Below the pieces are notes generated by a model. It was not told the origin of the DNA. It worked only from the letters and a program-made list of their open reading frames with translations, and did no database searches. This document shows, piece after piece, positions 21,670 through 24,000 of a DNA stretch of 24,000 nt. Numbering within the stretch: the stretch's first letter is position 1; the number at the start of each line of letters is the position of its first letter. This DNA is from Nitrososphaerales archaeon. Lineage in GTDB: Archaea > Thermoproteota > Nitrososphaeria > Nitrososphaerales > CADDZS01. Made by a program: the position numbers and the translations under genes. The stretch lies in contig JASHSF010000070.1 of the NCBI GenBank assembly GCA_030036955.1, positions 1 through 24,000 of the forward strand. The letters run 5' to 3'.

Positions 21670-24000
21670 TCACGCCTTTACACTAAAAACCGTCGACGTT
21701 GCACTAGCAAAGTGATCGGTGTCTCCTCCATAATTCGCCGTGAGCTTGTAAGAGCCGGACGAGGTAGGCGTGAACGTCACTTGGCAAGTACCCTTACCCC
21801 CGCTACCTGAGATCGTGCAGCTGGTTGAGGAGAAACTGCCCGGACCGCTACTGGAGAAAGTAACTGATCCGGTGGGCGTTATTGGATTGCCGGGACTGTT
21901 GTCAGTCACTGTAACAGTGCACGTCGTAGCCGTGCCGCTGATGTACGGGCTTGAGCACGATATGGAGACGAATATGCTGCGCTTCGTGATGGAGAGAGGG
22001 TACCCGTGGCTCGTTGAGCTTGGGGCGTGGGTCACGTCGCCGCCGTAAGATACAGAGATCGAGTAGCTGCCTTCCGTACCAGATGCTGGAGTCCACTTGA
22101 CGCTGCAGCTGTTGATGTCTCCAGTGCCTGCAGCAAGTGTGCAGGTAGTAGGCATACCAGTTGGAAGAGTTCCTGTAAACGTTACACTCCCTGTAGCCTT
22201 GGCGAAATATAGCAAGTCGTTGTTTGCGACGAACGCCGTGCAGGTCTCGGGAGCATTGACTGTGCTTGGATAGGGCGAACAGACGACCAAAGTTGTCGTC
22301 GGAGTTTGCACGGCGAGCGCCTCGCAACCACTAGACGCTTTCAAGTAGTTGGAGTCGCCGGAGTATGCAGCGCTGTAAGAATAGGTACCGGGTAAGAGAG
22401 CTTGTGATTTGGACTGTGGAACCGCCCCTCCAGAAAGTGTGACCGTTTGTGTTGCGGGAGTACCGGCACACACAGCGCCCGTGTAGAAGGAGTAGGTAAC
22501 TGTCCCTGTGGGGGTGTACCCGCTGACTGTTCCTCCAATCGCCACGGTATCGTAGGTTGGAGTACCGAGCAATACCGAGGAGGAAGGCTCGATTAGAGTT
22601 GAAATGGTGGGTTGGGCCTGCTGGACGGTGAAAGGTTCGCACGAGCTCACTGCGCTGGACGCGTAGTTATCACTCGCTCCGGCGATGTATTGGGCATCCC
22701 AGCTATACAGGCCCGGAGCTAATGGGCCCTGAGCCGGGGCATTGGTGCCCGGCGATTCGCTAACGCTGTAGGTTGGCGTACCCGAACACACTCCGTTGTA
22801 GAATAAATTGTAAGTCACCGAGCCCGTTGATGTAAAGCCGGACGGAGTGAAGGTTACAGTCGCGGAATCACCTACGGAGCTTCCAAGTGGAACCGTTGTC
22901 GAGGTCGCGCCAGCTGGAAGAGTGAGTGTTGTTCCGACCGACGTGGTTCCTGGCACGGGAGTAAATGTATAGCTTCCAGAACTTCCAAAGTTGTTGCCAT
23001 CTCCAAAGTAGGTAGCTGTTATGGTAGTGGACGCCGTTGAAGACGGGGTATAGCTCACTGAACATTCTCCCGATGACAGTGTGCAGGAAGTGGAAGAGAA
23101 CGAACCACTGCCTGACGTAAACCAGTCGACAGCGCCTGTCGGAGAATCTCCGCCAGACACAGCAGCTGTACATGTCATAGGAGAGCCTACTGCAAGCCCC
23201 ATGCTCGAAGGAGTACAGGTCACGGTCGTTGCAGTGTTCGCCTCGACGACAGTCAAGTATGAGTTAGCGGAGCTGCCCAAATTATTTGTATCACCCTGGT
23301 AGGATGCCGTCAGTGTTTGATAGGCAGTCCCCGTCCCAAAGGTACCAGAGCCTTCAACGGCACTGGGAGTGTACATAACGGTACAGGATGCACTGCTGAG
23401 TGTGCAGGAGCTCGACGAGAATGAACCGTAGCCGGAAGTTGAGAACATTACTCCGCCCGAAGGAGTTCCGTAACCACTGACCGTAGCAGTACAGCTTGAA
23501 GAGGTTCCTATCGTTACAGGACCGCTGCATGACAAACTGGTCATGGATGCATCTTGACCAAATGCGAAAGTTCCCGAACTTCCTCCGTTGTTCATATCGC
23601 CGCCGTACGTGGCTGTTATCGTGGCGGGGCCTCCTGTTGAAGATGGATTATAGCTCACTGAACATTCTCCCGATGACAGTGTGCATTCACCGGACGAACC
23701 GAAGCTTGCACCTGTATCCGACGAAGAGAACGTGACCATACCAGTAGGATCGTTTCCGGTAACCGTGGTGGTGCAAGTAGATGTTCCCAATGCTGGACTA
23801 CAGGAAACTGAAGTAATACTACTTGGAGAGACGATAATCGCAGCTCCACTCGTTGTCAAGCTGCTCTCGGGTAGGGTAGCACTGTCCGTCACAGTTGCGC
23901 AGTAGATAGTAGTAGAAGCCGGGGAAACTCCTGTGAACGTCGTCGTTGTTCCCGAGAGGCCCGTCTGTGGCGATCCCACATCCAACGGATCGCTGCAGCT
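21670..24000 (-). CDS. secreted/cell-surface protein built from tandem Ig-like (Big_3-type, Y-x-G-D) domains; N-terminus lies outside the window
   Basis: The frame stays open upstream of the track's TTG at 23985 through position 24000 (SCSDPLDVG...), so the CDS is 5'-truncated by the window edge. At least 7 repeats of about 95-105 aa end in (A/S)xY(x)GDxN...S motifs, and most carry paired Cys residues. Ser+Thr content is roughly 40%, with very few charged residues. There is no C-terminal transmembrane anchor. Confidence 0.8.
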   Translation of the reverse strand, partial: SCSDPLDVGSPQTGLSGTTTTFTGVSPASTTIYCATVTDSATLPESSLTTSGAAIIVSPSSITSVSCSPALGTSTCTTTVTGNDPTGMVTFSSSDTGASFGSSGECTLSSGECSVSYNPSSTGGPATITATYGGDMNNGGSSGTFAFGQDASMTSLSCSGPVTIGTSSSCTATVSGYGTPSGGVMFSTSGYGSFSSSSCTLSSASCTVMYTPSAVEGSGTFGTGTAYQTLTASYQGDTNNLGSSANSYLTVVEANTATTVTCTPSSMGLAVGSPMTCTAAVSGGDSPTGAVDWFTSGSGSFSSTSCTLSSGECSVSYTPSSTASTTITATYFGDGNNFGSSGSYTFTPVPGTTSVGTTLTLPAGATSTTVPLGSSVGDSATVTFTPSGFTSTGSVTYNLFYNGVCSGTPTYSVSESPGTNAPAQGPLAPGLYSWDAQYIAGASDNYASSAVSSCEPFTVQQAQPTISTLIEPSSSVLLGTPTYDTVAIGGTVSGYTPTGTVTYSFYTGAVCAGTPATQTVTLSGGAVPQSKSQALLPGTYSYSAAYSGDSNYLKASSGCEALAVQTPTTTLVVCSPYPSTVNAPETCTAFVANNDLLYFAKATGSVTFTGTLPTGMPTTCTLAAGTGDINSCSVKWTPASGTEGSYSISVSYGGDVTHAPSSTSHGYPLSITKRSIFVSISCSSPYISGTATTCTVTVTDNSPGNPITPTGSVTFSSSGPGSFSSTSCTISGSGGKGTCQVTFTPTSSGSYKLTANYGGDTDHFASATSTVFSVKA
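23049..23085. repeat. 37-nt exact intragenic repeat, copy A (encodes CTLSSGECSVSY)
   Basis: TATAGCTCACTGAACATTCTCCCGATGACAGTGTGCA is identical to 23649..23685, exactly 600 nt away. Confidence 0.9.
23649..23685. repeat. 37-nt exact intragenic repeat, copy B
   Basis: Identical to 23049..23085. The flanks are similar but diverged. Confidence 0.9.

Noticed and set aside
21570-21686. 38-codon plus-strand ORF (MPKKVAKANYSSTRFYAIMTVFLCLQSNLEHRIFTPLH) in the spacer after permease 2
   Set aside because: It is short and sits in an AT-rich spacer. It overlaps the 3' end of the surface-protein gene, has no promoter-like box at suitable spacing, and matches no recognisable family. It is probably a chance ORF.
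21902-22642. Alternative-frame ORFs inside the surface-protein gene (21902..22327, 22331..22642, 22868..23173 and others)
   Set aside because: They are a by-product of the repetitive Ser/Thr/Gly codon composition. The main frame has clear domain periodicity and these frames do not.
1-24000. Search for tRNA/rRNA genes, CRISPR repeats, IS elements, integrases, toxin-antitoxin or defence genes
   Set aside because: I found no T-loop/acceptor-like structures outside CDS, no regularly spaced short repeats, and no transposase, integrase, nuclease or ATPase-like ORFs. The window appears to be a purely metabolic and surface-protein region.

Overview
High-density coding window: 18 CDS plus one possible partial CDS, and no tRNA, rRNA, CRISPR array or IS element that I can see. 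It looks archaeal. AT-rich TATA-like boxes sit about 27-37 nt upstream of many start codons, Shine-Dalgarno sequences are mostly absent, TTG starts are frequent, and convergent genes abut or overlap. The phylum cannot be determined from the sequence alone. The content is a redox and catabolic island. It holds an M29-fold aminopeptidase-like protein, then a coxM-like FAD subunit, a coxS-like 2x[2Fe-2S] subunit and an SCP2-domain protein in one operon. Two different molybdopterin hydroxylase large subunits lie 5-11 kb away on opposite strands. One is translationally coupled to a class-V aminotransferase. The other heads an operon with an NAD(P)-aldehyde dehydrogenase and a cupin. Also present are a GlcD-like FAD oxidase, an LLM-class oxidoreductase, a CMD/AhpD-like protein, a CrtI/amine-oxidase-fold flavoprotein, a 3-hydroxyacyl-CoA dehydrogenase, a metallophosphoesterase and two paralogous APC permeases. 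The right edge carries the C-terminal 777 codons of a Ser/Thr-rich, Cys-paired, multi-Ig-domain secreted protein. The points I consider most worth follow-up: (1) the one-M/S, two-L molybdoenzyme layout with its accessory enzymes, which may be an uncharacterised archaeal heterocycle or aldehyde catabolic module; (2) the SCP2 gene in the position usually held by coxG; (3) a shared AAAGTG/CACTTT element in four promoters; (4) apparently leaderless TTG initiation; (5) N-glycosylation sequon depletion in the surface protein. All functional calls rest on motif recognition by eye. No database search was run.
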